A DNA stretch of 64,000 nucleotides from Alphaproteobacteria bacterium (GCA_963422645.2 CAXXVO010000008.1:1-64000); one strand, 5' to 3'; counted from the stretch's first letter, positions 1 through 10,413 are shown. Translations and numbers: made by a program. The notes: a model not told the origin generated them from the letters alone.

Positions 1-1827
1 CCCGTGTGCTCCTCTGGGGTCGCCGGGTTTCACAGCTCAACGATGCCCCTCTTGCGGACTGCGACCGGTAAGCTACCCCGATGTGGCCCGAAGTCCGCCC
101 GCGCGACGGGCACCGATTTTCATTCTATGGGGTGGTCCAGCACGGCGTCGACCATGATCGTTTATGAGAATGGCTCCGCTGTTGGAGAACCCGTGCCAGG
201 TGAGCTTACGCGCACTTGACGGTGGCGATGAGCCGATCCGATGGGCTGGTCAGGGCTTCGATGATATTCCAGCCCTGCTTTTCTGGCGGTGGTGATGACG
301 CTGCGCAGGATGGCGAAGTTCTCGGCCCCCTGCGCGGACCGGAAGCCCCCGGAGATCTTCTGGCGCAGCTTCATCATCCGAAGGTCGCGCTCGGCCTCGT
401 TGTTCGTGAACCCGACCTCGAGGTCGATCAGGAACCGGAGCACCGCGCATTTGTGGTCGCGCAGCCTCAAGGCCAGATTGTGACCGATCCTTCGCTTCCG
501 GCGCTTCTTCCTCTTGCCAGGCGAGAACGGTGGTTGGCTCTCGTGAAAGGCCAGCGCATCGGCGATGATCTCGTCGTATCGGCGCTCGATCAGCGCCACA
601 AGCCTCGCCGGAACGGCGATATCCTTGTCCAGCGCGATGCGGGCGGCGCGATTGGCTCGGCGCAGGAGCTGCTGCATCCGCCGGGCCCAAGCCTCCCCTT
701 CGATGTCCACCAGCGCCTGCAACTCCCGCAGGTGATGGGCGTTGCACAGGCCGTGCTCCACCCCTTCCATCGCGAAGTACGGCTTCCAGTGATCGTGCAC
801 GACGATGCCGGAGACACCCGAGAGCAGGGCGCCGCGCTTGCCGCTGACCCGGTACGCCGCCAGCAGCGGCGTGCAGATCACATGAAGCCACTGCGTCTGA
901 CCGCCGATCCGCAAGCCGGTCTCGTCCATGTGTTTCACCCGCGCCGTGCCCGCCGCCAGGTCCTGTATGTGCAAGGCCGCGTCCCGCAAGCCGCTCGGCC
1001 GCCCTCTCGCTCATCGTCGCCAACGTCGCAGCCGTCACCGGCGCGCCGAAGAGCTCGGCCATCACCTGCGACAGCCGATCCTCCGGCAGGAAGTGAGCGT
1101 GCTGAAGGTAGACCGCCACCCCGGCAATGCGCGGGCCGTACTGCACCGGCGCCGACACCCCGTCGGGGAACGCCGCCCGGGTCACCGTCCCGCAATGCCC
1201 GCAGCACTTGGCATGCGCCCGGTGCTCGGTCACCTCCAGGGGGCTCGGCTCGGGCAGATCGAACACCTGGCGGGCGACGGGCGTTCCCGCCCTGGCCGCG
1301 TCCGAAAGCGGCGAACCGCATCCCTTGCAGGAAGCCGGGACGTGATCCTTCACCCGATCCGGGTGATCGGCGCGGCGCAGCGTCTTGCCCTTGTGGCCGG
1401 GCTGGCCACCGGGCTTGCGGCCCGATTTGCCGCGCAGGCTTCGGGTTCGCCGCTTCGAATTCGGCTTCCTCAGCCCATCGCTCGAAGGCGGCTTGCCGCT
1501 GTTGCCGCTGTTGAGGCCGAGACGGCGCTCCAACTCCTCGATGCGCTCGACGAGACGCGCGACTTGCTCTTCCAGCCGCGCGTTCTGCTGCCGAAGCCAG
1601 GCATTTTCCTCCCGAAGCCGGGCGTTCTCCTCCTCCAGGCGGGCGATCTTCTGCGCGGGCGTTTCGGGCGCTGCTCCCGTCGAAGGGCCGCGCGGCGACT
1701 CGGGATTGCTCATGTCGTTGTTGAGTCATTTCCCGAAATTCCCGTCAAGCCCTTTCCACCAACTCCGAACGAGAAACGCCTCAATCCACTGGCCCAAAAT
1801 GACAAATCAGACGACCTGGGCAGTTAC
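1..1827 (-). mobile_element. IS66-family element (single-tnpC type), copy 1; far end lies outside the window
   Basis: Near-identical reverse complement of 3091-4915. Terminus ACCTGGGCAGTTAC ends at 1827. Confidence 0.93.
207..1713 (-). pseudogene. tnpC: IS66 transposase TnpC, frameshifted
   Basis: Coiled-coil, NSGKPPSSD and Zn-finger N-terminus in one frame; HMDETG, VHDHW, CNAHHLREL and TNNEAERDLR in another. One additional extra base near the 3' end compared with copy 2. Confidence 0.88.
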
Positions 1828-2142
1828 GTTGAGTCAAGTGACGGTGAAGAATCTCAGCGCCGCGGGATTATTCTATCCACGATGACCGTCCTTTCGTGCA
1901 CGGCCTCAGAAAGTCCTGCCTCATGCGCGGCAAAGAGTTACTTTGGAGCTTGCTGAGTTGGGGTCTGGTGGGGCCGTAGGGGACCTCCCAGAGCGCGTAC
2001 TAGGAGGGCAGTGTGGGGAGGTAGGCGCTCCAGGCAAGGAGTGGTGTAGACGCCAGCCGAGGTTCAAGTGCGTTCGCCCAGGACGAAAACTGCTGCGATG
2101 CGTTGGTCGTGTTCTGGGGATTGGCCGATCACTTGGGCCAGT

Positions 2143-2303
2143 TCGACCGTTGGGGCAGGAGCCACGAGATCCCCAACCTCTTCATCTCCGACGGCAGCCA
2201 GTTCACTTCGTCGCTCGCGGGCAACCCGACGCTCACCATCGTCACCCTCGCCATCCGCCAGGCCGGCCACATCGCCCGCCTGATGGGCCGCGGAGAGATC
2301 TGA
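2143..2303 (+). pseudogene. 3' remnant of a GMC-family oxidoreductase
   Basis: DRWGRSHEIPNLFISDGSQFTSS..NPTLTIVTLA is a typical GMC C-terminus. No upstream coding portion is present. Confidence 0.8.
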
Positions 2304-2384
2304 CCCGCCACCCCACGCGGCGCTGGCTACGCGCCGGCATTCAGGCTATCCCGGGAGAGGCGCACCCACATCATGGAGGAGAGC

Positions 2385-2789
2385 ATGGCGACGGTCGCGA
2401 TGGTGGAGTACGACGACGCCCCGCCGGAGGTCCGCGCGGTCTACGACGACATCATGGAGACCCGCAAGACCGACTGGATCAACAACTTCTGGAAGGTGCT
2501 GGCCAACGATCCGCCGACGCTCGCGCGCACCTGGAACAGCATCAAGGAGGTGATGGCGCCCGGCGCCCTCGACCCCCTCACCAAGGAGCTGATCTATGTC
2601 GCGGTGAGCGCCACCAACGGCTGCGAGTACTGCATCCGCTCCCACACCGCAGGCGCGCGGCGGCAGGGGATGACCGACGCTATGCTGATCGAGCTGATGG
2701 CGGTGGTGGGCATGGCGAACGAAACCAACGCGCTCGCCAACGGCTACGCCGTCGATGTCGACGCGGCGTTCATGAGAGAGGCCAAGTAA
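2385..2789 (+). CDS. Carboxymuconolactone decarboxylase / AhpD-family protein
   Basis: AVSATNGCEYCIRSH (CxxC) motif. RBS GGAGGAG precedes ATG at 2385. Confidence 0.85.
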   Translation: MATVAMVEYDDAPPEVRAVYDDIMETRKTDWINNFWKVLANDPPTLARTWNSIKEVMAPGALDPLTKELIYVAVSATNGCEYCIRSHTAGARRQGMTDAMLIELMAVVGMANETNALANGYAVDVDAAFMREAK

Positions 2790-2841
2790 GCCGGCGTGGT
2801 CTTCTCGACCCTGCGGTGCCCGGATCGCCGGCTCGGAGGGC

Positions 2842-2917
2842 TGGTAGCGGGGGAGGGACTCGAACCCCCGACCCATGGATTATGATTCCACTGCTCTACC
2901 GACTGAGCTACCCCGCC
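2842..2917 (-). tRNA. tRNA-Met (CAT), elongator type
   Basis: GGCGGGGTAGCTCAGTCGGTAGAGC...ATCATAA...GGTTCGAGTCC...CTACCA, a 76-nt cloverleaf with encoded CCA. Confidence 0.96.
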
Positions 2918-2937
2918 CCAGGAGCCGGAAGCGCACC

Positions 2938-2967
2938 GCTATACGCGGCGCCCTCGCCGCCTGTCAA
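2938..2967 (-). promoter_or_regulatory. Putative sigma70 promoter of tRNA-Met
   Basis: TTGACA-18 nt-TATAGC just upstream of the tRNA. Confidence 0.6.
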
Positions 2968-2994
2968 GCGCACCGCAGCAAGCGGCGGCTTCGC

Positions 2995-3090
2995 TTAGCG
3001 GAACGGCGGCGCGTAGAGGATGCCGCCGTCGCGATAGAGGGCGCTGAGGCCGCGCGGCAGGCCCAGCGGGCTGCCTGCGCCCAAATTCTC
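2995..3090 (-). pseudogene. aapJ: 3' end of AapJ/BztA-like amino acid-binding protein, cut off by IS66
   Basis: ENLGAGSPLGLPRGLSALYRDGGILYAPPFR* is the typical AapJ C-terminus and continues the 4980-5920 frame across the TSD. Confidence 0.88.
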
Positions 3091-4979
3091 GTAACTGCCC
3101 AGGTCGTCTGATTTGTCATTTTGGGCCAGTGGATTGAGGCGTTTCTCGTTCGGAGTTGGTGGAAAGGGCTTGACGGGAATTTCGGGAAATGACTCAACAA
3201 CGACATGAGCAATCCCGAGTCGCCGCGCGGCCCTTCGACGGGAGCAGCGCCCGAAACGCCCGCGCAGAAGATCGCCCGCCTGGAGGAGGAGAACGCCCGG
3301 CTTCGGGAGGAAAATGCCTGGCTTCGGCAGCAGAACGCGCGGCTGGAAGAGCAAGTCGCGCGTCTCGTCGAGCGCATCGAGGAGTTGGAGCGCCGTCTCG
3401 GCCTCAACAGCGGCAACAGCGGCAAGCCGCCTTCGAGCGATGGGCTGAGGAAGCCGAATTCGAAGCGGCGAACCCGAAGCCTGCGCGGCAAATCGGGCCG
3501 CAAGCCCGGTGGCCAGCCCGGCCACAAGGGCAAGACGCTGCGCCGCGCCGATCACCCGGATCGGGTGAAGGATCACGTCCCGGCTTCCTGCAAGGGATGC
3601 GGTTCGCCGCTTTCGGACGCGGCCAGGGCGGGAACGCCCGTCGCCCGCCAGGTGTTCGATCTGCCCGAGCCGAGCCCCCTGGAGGTGACCGAGCACCGGG
3701 CGCATGCCAAGTGCTGCGGGCATTGCGGGACGGTGACCCGGGCGGCGTTCCCCGACGGGGTGTCGGCGCCGGTGCAGTACGGCCCGCGCATTGCCGGGGT
3801 GGCGGTCTACCTTCAGCACGCTCACTTCCTGCCGGAGGATCGGCTGTCGCAGGTGATGGCCGAGCTCTTCGGCGCGCCGGTGACGGCTGCGACGTTGGCG
3901 ACGATGAGCGAGAGGGCGGCCGAGCGGCTTGCGGGACGCGGCCTTGCACATACAGGACCTGGCGGCGGGCACGGCGCGGGTGAAACACATGGACGAGACC
4001 GGCTTGCGGATCGGCGGTCAGACGCAGTGGCTTCATGTGATCTGCACGCCGCTGCTGGCGGCGTACCGGGTCAGCGGCAAGCGCGGCGCCCTGCTCTCGG
4101 GTGTCTCCGGCATCGTCGTGCACGATCACTGGAAGCCGTACTTCGCGATGGAAGGGGTGGAGCACGGCCTGTGCAACGCCCATCACCTGCGGGAGTTGCA
4201 GGCGCTGGTGGACATCGAAGGGGAGGCTTGGGCCCGGCGGATGCAGCAGCTCCTGCGCCGAGCCAATCGCGCCGCCCGCATCGCGCTGGACAAGGATATC
4301 GCCGTTCCGGCGAGGCTTGTGGCGCTGATCGAGCGCCGATACGACGAGATCATCGCCGATGCGCTGGCCTTTCACGAGAGCCAACCACCGTTCTCGCCTG
4401 GCAAGAGGAAGAAGCGCCGGAAGCGAAGGATCGGTCACAATCTGGCCTTGAGGCTGCGCGACCACAAATGCGCGGTGCTCCGGTTCCTGATCGACCTCGA
4501 GGTCGGGTTCACGAACAACGAGGCCGAGCGCGACCTTCGGATGATGAAGCTGCGCCAGAAGATCTCCGGGGGCTTCCGGTCCGCGCAGGGGGCCGAGAAC
4601 TTCGCCATCCTGCGCAGCGTCATCACCACCGCCAGAAAGCAGGGCTGGAATATCATCGAAGCCCTGACCAGCCCATCGGATCGGCTCATCGCCACCGTCA
4701 AGTGCGCGTAAGCTCACCTGGCACGGGTTCTCCAACAGCGGAGCCATTCTCATAAACGATCATGGTCGACGCCGTGCTGGACCACCCCATAGAATGAAAA
4801 TCGGTGCCCGTCGCGCGGGCGGACTTCGGGCCACATCGGGGTAGCTTACCGGTCGCAGTCCGCAAGAGGGGCATCGTGAGCTGTGAAACCCGGCGACCCC
4901 AGAGGAGCACACGGGCGTCGCGTGGGTAGCGTTGTGCCGAATCCCAGAGAATTTTCACAGCAAGAACCTGGGCAGTTAC
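3091..4979 (+). mobile_element. IS66-family element, copy 2 (complete)
   Basis: Terminal IRs GTAACTGCCCAGGT / ACCTGGGCAGTTAC. 8-bp TSD AAATTCTC at 3083-3090 and 4980-4987. Confidence 0.96.
3205..4711 (+). pseudogene. tnpC: IS66 transposase TnpC with +1 frameshift near 3930
   Basis: N-terminal half in the 3205 frame; DDE half (3929-4711) in the +1 frame. Confidence 0.88.
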
Positions 4980-5920
4980 AAATTCTCTTCGAAGATTTCG
5001 GCGTAGTTGCCGCCCGCTGCTATGGTGCGAACAGCCCATTCGGCATCGAGGCCAAGCATCTCGCCCAGAGAGCCTTCGGTGCCCAGCATCCGGTTGATCT
5101 CAGGGTGATCCGTTCCCTTCGCCATCTCCATGACGTTTGCCTGGGTCACACCGAGCTCTTCGGCGACGATCAGCGCGTTTAGCACCCAGCGCCCGATGTC
5201 CGCCCACTGATCGTCGCCGTGGCGCACCAGCGGCCCCAGCGGCTCCTTCGAGACGATCTCCGGGTAAATCGTGTGTGCCTCCGGGTCATCGAAGGTCGAC
5301 TTCGTCGCTGCCAGGCCCGAAATGTCCGTCGTGTAGGCGTCGCAGCGCTCCGCCTCGTAGGCCGCGCGGGCCTCGGCGTTGGTCTCCAGCGGCACGGGCT
5401 CATACGTGATGCCGTTGACGCGGAAGAAGTCAGCGAGGTTAAGCTCGGTGGTTGTGCCGGTCTGGATGCAGATCGAAGCGCCGTCGAGCTCGGTGGCGCT
5501 TTCCACGCCGAGCTCCCTCCGGCCAAGGAAACCCTGGCCGTCATAGTAGTTGATGCCGACGAAGGTGAAGCCCAGGTCGGCATCGCGCGAGAAGGTCCAG
5601 GTCGTGTTGCGCGACAGGATGTCGACTTCGCCGGAGGCTAAGGCCGGGAAGCGGGTCTTCCCGGTCAGGGTGACGAAGGAGACCTTGTCCGGATCGCCCA
5701 GTACGGCGGCCGCCAATGCGCGGCAATAGGCCGTCTCGAAGCCGGACCACCGGCCCGTGTCGTCGGTGTGGGAAAAGCCCGGCAGGCCCGGATTGATGCC
5801 GCACCTGAGCCGGTCGTTGGCCCGCACGTCGTCGAGCGTCGCAGCCTGAACCGGGAGCCCGGCCGCAATCGATAGCGCGCCGGCCACCGCAAGGGCGCCG
5901 GCGATCTTCGAGTGGTTCAC
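4980..5920 (-). pseudogene. aapJ: General L-amino acid ABC transporter substrate-binding protein (AapJ/BztA-like), IS-interrupted
   Basis: Signal peptide; SRNTTWTFSRD, NYYDGQGF and ISKEPLGPLVRHGD-like motifs. GTG start with RBS at 5920. Confidence 0.88.
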
Positions 5921-6169
5921 CCTTCTCCTCCAAAAATCTGGCGTATTGAGAAGCAAGATACAGTCCATATAGGCGATACATCTCGAGAAAGACCAATGAG
6001 ATTTATTGACGGGTGTCTATAGCTATCTCCTATAGCGAACAGGTTCGCGTCGCTTCCTGAGCTTCAGTCCATGGCAGCGGCCTTGCGTGCTTCCGGGCGG
6101 ACGGAGACAATCGCACCGCCCGGTGCGCCTCTGCGCCACCTGTGCTGTCAAGGCTACGGTGACCGTCCC

Positions 6170-7162
6170 ATGAGCGATCAATCCGACCTGTCGAAGCCGC
6201 TGAAGACCTGGAGCCATCTCGCCGGCAAGCGACGGCGGCCGAGCGAGTACGAGATCGTCTCGACCAACCTGCTCTGGAGCACCGACGACGAGATGCCGTG
6301 GGCGCTCTCGCCCGATATCGACATGAACAAGTGGTATCTCCGATACCGCAACAACTCGCCGCTCAAGCACGACGACTGGGACGCCTTCCGGGACCCCGAC
6401 AAGATGGTCTATCGCTCCTACAACGTGATGCAGGATGGGCACGAGACCTATGTGGACGGCCTGATCCGCGACCATGCGAAGAACGACCACGACGCCTGCT
6501 TGAACGCGGATTGGGTGGCGGCGCTGGCGCGGGTCTACACGCCCACGCGTTATCCGCTCCATTGCCTGCAGATGGGCTCCGCCTATCTGGTTCAGATGGT
6601 GCCGGCGAGCACGATCGAGAATTGCGCGATGTTCCAGGCGTCCGACCAGCTCCGCTGGGTTTCGCGCGTCGCCTACCGCACCAAGGAGCTCGCCAACACG
6701 CACGCCGACGCGGGCTTCGTCACCGGCGAGCGCAAGGCGTGGGAGGAGGAGCCCTGCTGGCAGGGCTTTCGCGAACTGCTGGAGCGTGTCCTCGTGGCCT
6801 ACGACTGGGCGGAGCACTTCGTCGCGCTCGACGTCGTCGCCAAGCCGGCGTTTGATGAGGCGTGCATCCACCAGCTCGGCCGCCCGGCCCGGAGCAAGGG
6901 CGACACGCTGCTGGCCCAGATGCTCGACGCGCAGTGGGAGGACAGCGAACGCGCCAGACGCTGGATCGGCGCGCTCGTCGCGTTCGCACGCGAGACCGAG
7001 GGCAACGCGGCCGTCATGGCGGACTGGGTCGCGAAGTGGGCGCCCTTGGGCGACGCCGCCATCGACGCCTACTGCGCCGCGCTGCCGGCGGGTGAGGACG
7101 CGGCGGCGGAGGCGAAGGACGCAGCCCGCGCCTTCCGCGCCTCGCTCGGCTTCACGGCCTGA
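6170..7162 (+). CDS. Aromatic/alkene (soluble di-iron) monooxygenase hydroxylase beta subunit, TmoE/TouE-like
   Basis: LKTWSHLAGKRRRPSEYEIVSTNL, DWDAFRDPD, RYPLHCLQM and DWAEHFVAL motifs. Confidence 0.88.
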   Translation: MSDQSDLSKPLKTWSHLAGKRRRPSEYEIVSTNLLWSTDDEMPWALSPDIDMNKWYLRYRNNSPLKHDDWDAFRDPDKMVYRSYNVMQDGHETYVDGLIRDHAKNDHDACLNADWVAALARVYTPTRYPLHCLQMGSAYLVQMVPASTIENCAMFQASDQLRWVSRVAYRTKELANTHADAGFVTGERKAWEEEPCWQGFRELLERVLVAYDWAEHFVALDVVAKPAFDEACIHQLGRPARSKGDTLLAQMLDAQWEDSERARRWIGALVAFARETEGNAAVMADWVAKWAPLGDAAIDAYCAALPAGEDAAAEAKDAARAFRASLGFTA

Positions 7163-7199
7163 GGCGCGCGGACGCGGCCAGCATTTTCGGAGGGAGAAC

Positions 7200-8399
7200 A
7201 TGCGCAAGGTGATGATCGGCGGGACCGGGATGACCCGGTTCGGCAAGTTTCTGGACACGAACCTGCGCGCGCTCGCCGCCGAGGCGGCGACGGCAGCGCT
7301 TGCCGACGCAGATACCGCGGCCGACGAGGTCGGCATGGTCTTCTTCGGCAACGCAGCAGGCGGGCTCTTGAGCGCGCAGGAATGCGTGCGCGGGCAGGTG
7401 GCGCTGCGCCACTCCGGCCTACTGGGCAAGCCGATCGTCAATGTCGAGAACGCCTGCGCCTCCTCGTCCACGGCATTTCATCTGGCGGTGCTCGCCGTGG
7501 GCTCCGGACAGTGCGACTTGGCGCTCGCGGTCGGCGCCGAGAAGATGAGCAACGAGGACAGGTCCGTGCCGATCAAGGCACTGGAGGCGGCGGCAGACCG
7601 GGACGAGTTCGAGGAGCTGAAGAAGCGGATCGCTCCCGGCGGCGCCGGCACGGGCTCGGTCTTCATGGACCTCTATTCGAGCCTGGCCCGCGACTATGCG
7701 GAGCAGACCGGGGCGACGCCCACCGATTACGCTCGTGTCTCGGTCAAGCAGCGCCGGGCTGGCGCGCTCAACGAGAAGGCACAGTTCCAGGAAGAGGTCA
7801 CGGTGGAGGATGTGCTGGAGAGCCGCATGATCGCGGAGCCGCTCACGCTGATGATGTGCTCGTCGATCGGCGATGGCGCCGGCGCTCTGGTGCTGATGAG
7901 CGAGGACTACGCCGAGCGTAAGGCGGCCCACCCGGTCGCGGTGCTCGCGAGCGTGCTGCGCTCCGGCCAGGGTGACGACCCCGAGGCGCCGCCGGTGGCC
8001 GAGGCAGCGGCGAAGGCAGCTTACGAGACGGCGGGGCTCGGGCCCGAGGACATCAGCGTCGCCGAGATCCACGACGCTGCGGCGCCGGCAGAATTGATGC
8101 TCTCCGAGCAGCTCGGCTTCTGCCGGCCGGGCAATGCCGTCGGGCTGTTGCGGGACGGCGTGACCGCGCTGGACGGGCGCATGCCGATCAACCCGAGCGG
8201 CGGGCTTATCAGCAAGGGGCACCCCATCGGCGCGACCGGCGCGGCGCAGCTCGTCGAGCTGGCGGACCAGATGCGCGGGCGCTCGGGCGCGCGCCAGCGC
8301 GAAGGCGCCCGCTTCGGCCTCGCCGAGAATGCCGGTGGCTGGATTGGCGCGGATGCGGCTGCCGCCTGCGTCACCATCCTGGGGTCCACCCGGCACTGA
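7200..8399 (+). CDS. Thiolase family protein (SCP2/SCP-x type)
   Basis: NVENACASS, EIHDA and NPSGGLISKGHPIGATG motifs. Confidence 0.9.
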   Translation: MRKVMIGGTGMTRFGKFLDTNLRALAAEAATAALADADTAADEVGMVFFGNAAGGLLSAQECVRGQVALRHSGLLGKPIVNVENACASSSTAFHLAVLAVGSGQCDLALAVGAEKMSNEDRSVPIKALEAAADRDEFEELKKRIAPGGAGTGSVFMDLYSSLARDYAEQTGATPTDYARVSVKQRRAGALNEKAQFQEEVTVEDVLESRMIAEPLTLMMCSSIGDGAGALVLMSEDYAERKAAHPVAVLASVLRSGQGDDPEAPPVAEAAAKAAYETAGLGPEDISVAEIHDAAAPAELMLSEQLGFCRPGNAVGLLRDGVTALDGRMPINPSGGLISKGHPIGATGAAQLVELADQMRGRSGARQREGARFGLAENAGGWIGADAAAACVTILGSTRH

Positions 8400-8454
8400 C
8401 GCACCGGCACCGTCCGGGACTGCGCGTCAACACGAGACATTCAGGGAGAGGAGC

Positions 8455-9237
8455 ATGAGCGAGAGCGCCGTGCTGGTCGAGACCGCGGGGCGAGCAGGGA
8501 TCATCACCATCAACCGGCCGGAGCGGCTGAACGCGCTCGATGTGCCGACCTGTGGCGCTCTCGATGGCGCCGTGAGCCAGGTGGAGGCGGACGAGGCGGT
8601 GCGGGTCGTGGTGCTCACCGGGGCGGGCCGCGCATTCGTGGCCGGCGGCGACATCGCCGATCTCGACTCACGCCGGGGCCTCGCCCACTACGAAGAGTTC
8701 GCGGCACCGATCCATCGGCTCTTCCGCCGAATCGAGACCCTGGGCAAGCCCACCATCGCAGCCGTCAACGGCTTCGCGCTCGGCGGCGGCGCGGAACTCA
8801 TGCTTTCCACCGACATCAGGGTGCTCTCCTCCGCCGCGAAGATTGGCGTGCCTGAAATAAATCTCGGGCTCTTTCCCGGCGCCGGCGGCTCGCAGCGCCT
8901 GATCCGCCAGATCCCGCTTTGCCGCGCCAAGGAGATGATGTTCTCCGGCGCGCCCATCGGCGCTGAGGAGGCGGTGGCGCTCGGGCTTGCGAACAGGGTC
9001 GTGGAGCCGGAAGCGCTGATGGAGGAGACGCTGGCGCTCGCGGAGAAGATCGCGGACAAGTCGCCGCTCGTGCTGCGCCTGCTCAAGCGCACCATCGATG
9101 CCGGCGCCGACATGCCGCTGCCGGCGGCGCTCGCCCACGAGCAGGCCATGATCTCGCTGGTGCTCGACAGCGAGGATGCGCACGAAGGCTGCCAGGCGTT
9201 TCTGGAGAAGCGCAAGGCCAGCTTCAAGGGCGCCTGA
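8455..9237 (+). CDS. Enoyl-CoA hydratase/isomerase
   Basis: AFVAGGDI, AAVNGFALGGGAEL and PEINLGLFPGAGG motifs. Confidence 0.92.
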   Translation: MSESAVLVETAGRAGIITINRPERLNALDVPTCGALDGAVSQVEADEAVRVVVLTGAGRAFVAGGDIADLDSRRGLAHYEEFAAPIHRLFRRIETLGKPTIAAVNGFALGGGAELMLSTDIRVLSSAAKIGVPEINLGLFPGAGGSQRLIRQIPLCRAKEMMFSGAPIGAEEAVALGLANRVVEPEALMEETLALAEKIADKSPLVLRLLKRTIDAGADMPLPAALAHEQAMISLVLDSEDAHEGCQAFLEKRKASFKGA

Positions 9238-9240
9238 TCG

Positions 9241-10413
9241 GTGGATGTTCAGCTCACCGAGGAACGGGCGCTGATGCTCGAGACGGCCCGGCGCATCGGC
9301 GCCGAGTACGGTCTCGACTATTGGCGCGCGCTGGACGAGCAGGGCGCCTACCCGAGCGCGATGTGGCAGGCGATCTGCGACGCGGGCTTCGGCGGGATCG
9401 CGTTGCCTGAGGAGCATGGCGGCGCCGGGCTCGGGATGCTCGACCAGGCCCTGGTGATCGAGGCGCTCTGCGAGGCGGGGGCGGGCAGCACGCTGGCCCA
9501 GATCTTCATGGTGAACCCGATTTTCGGCGGCGTCGCCATCGCGCGCTACGGCTCGGAGGCGATGCGCCGCGCGCTGCTGCCGCCACTCATCGCCGGCGAC
9601 ATCCAGAGCTGCATGGCGCTCACGGAGCCGGACGCCGGCACCAACAGCCTGGAGCTTCGCACCTTCGCCGAGGACCACGGCAACGGTTGGCGCCTCAACG
9701 GGCGGAAGATCTGGATCTCGGCCGTGCCAACGGCGGACAAGATGCTGGTCGTGGCCCGCACCAAGAAGGTCGAGGAGTCGGAGCGCCGCACCGAGGGCAT
9801 CTCGCTCTTCCTCATCGACGTGGAGCGGGACGGGCTCAGCCATTCCACCATCGAGAAGGCCGGCACCCGCTGCGTGCCGGCGAGCAACGTCTATTTCGAG
9901 GATACGCCGGTGGCGGGCGACGAGCTGGTCGGCACGCTCCACGGCGGCTGGAAGGAGCTGCTCGACGTGCTCAACACCGAGCGCATCGTCACCACCGCCG
10001 GCCTCGTCGGCACGGTGCGGCTCGCGCTCAAGCTCGCGGTGGATTACGCCAACGAGCGCCGCGTCTTCGGCGACCGGCCGATTTCCTCTTACCAGGGATT
10101 GCAGTTCCCGCTCGCCCAGGCAAAGGCGGAGATCGAGTGCGCCGCGGTGATGAACCACAAGGCCGCCGCCCTGCACGATGCGGGCACGCCCTACGGCGCG
10201 GAGGCCAACATGGCCAAGCTCATCGCAGCGCAAGCCGCCGCCGAGGGGCTGGAGCGCGCGATGCAGGCCATGGGCGGCATGGGCTACGCCAAGGAGATGC
10301 ACCTGGAGCGGCTCTGGCGCGATGCCCGGCTCTTCCGCTTCGCGCCCATCTCGGAGGAGATGATCCTCAACTACATCGCCGTGCACGACCTCGGCATGGC
10401 GCGGGGGTACTGA
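9241..10413 (+). CDS. Acyl-CoA dehydrogenase
   Basis: ALTEPDAGT, LNGRKIWIS and GGMGYAKE motifs. Confidence 0.92.
   Translation: MDVQLTEERALMLETARRIGAEYGLDYWRALDEQGAYPSAMWQAICDAGFGGIALPEEHGGAGLGMLDQALVIEALCEAGAGSTLAQIFMVNPIFGGVAIARYGSEAMRRALLPPLIAGDIQSCMALTEPDAGTNSLELRTFAEDHGNGWRLNGRKIWISAVPTADKMLVVARTKKVEESERRTEGISLFLIDVERDGLSHSTIEKAGTRCVPASNVYFEDTPVAGDELVGTLHGGWKELLDVLNTERIVTTAGLVGTVRLALKLAVDYANERRVFGDRPISSYQGLQFPLAQAKAEIECAAVMNHKAAALHDAGTPYGAEANMAKLIAAQAAAEGLERAMQAMGGMGYAKEMHLERLWRDARLFRFAPISEEMILNYIAVHDLGMARGY

Noticed and set aside
30-285. Two single-base insertions in IS66 copy 1 relative to copy 2
   Set aside because: Both extend homopolymers (AA, TTTT) and are probably sequencing errors or trivial decay.
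216-4753. Long antisense and alternate-frame ORFs over the IS66 copies, and similar shadow ORFs across the window (e.g. 56839-59247)
   Set aside because: High-GC shadow frames with Arg/Pro/Ala-rich low-complexity translations, overlapping genes with clear motifs.
6001-6040. TTGACG with a repeated CTATAGC upstream of the monooxygenase beta gene
   Set aside because: The -35/-10 spacing (19 nt) is non-canonical; too weak to call as a promoter or operator.
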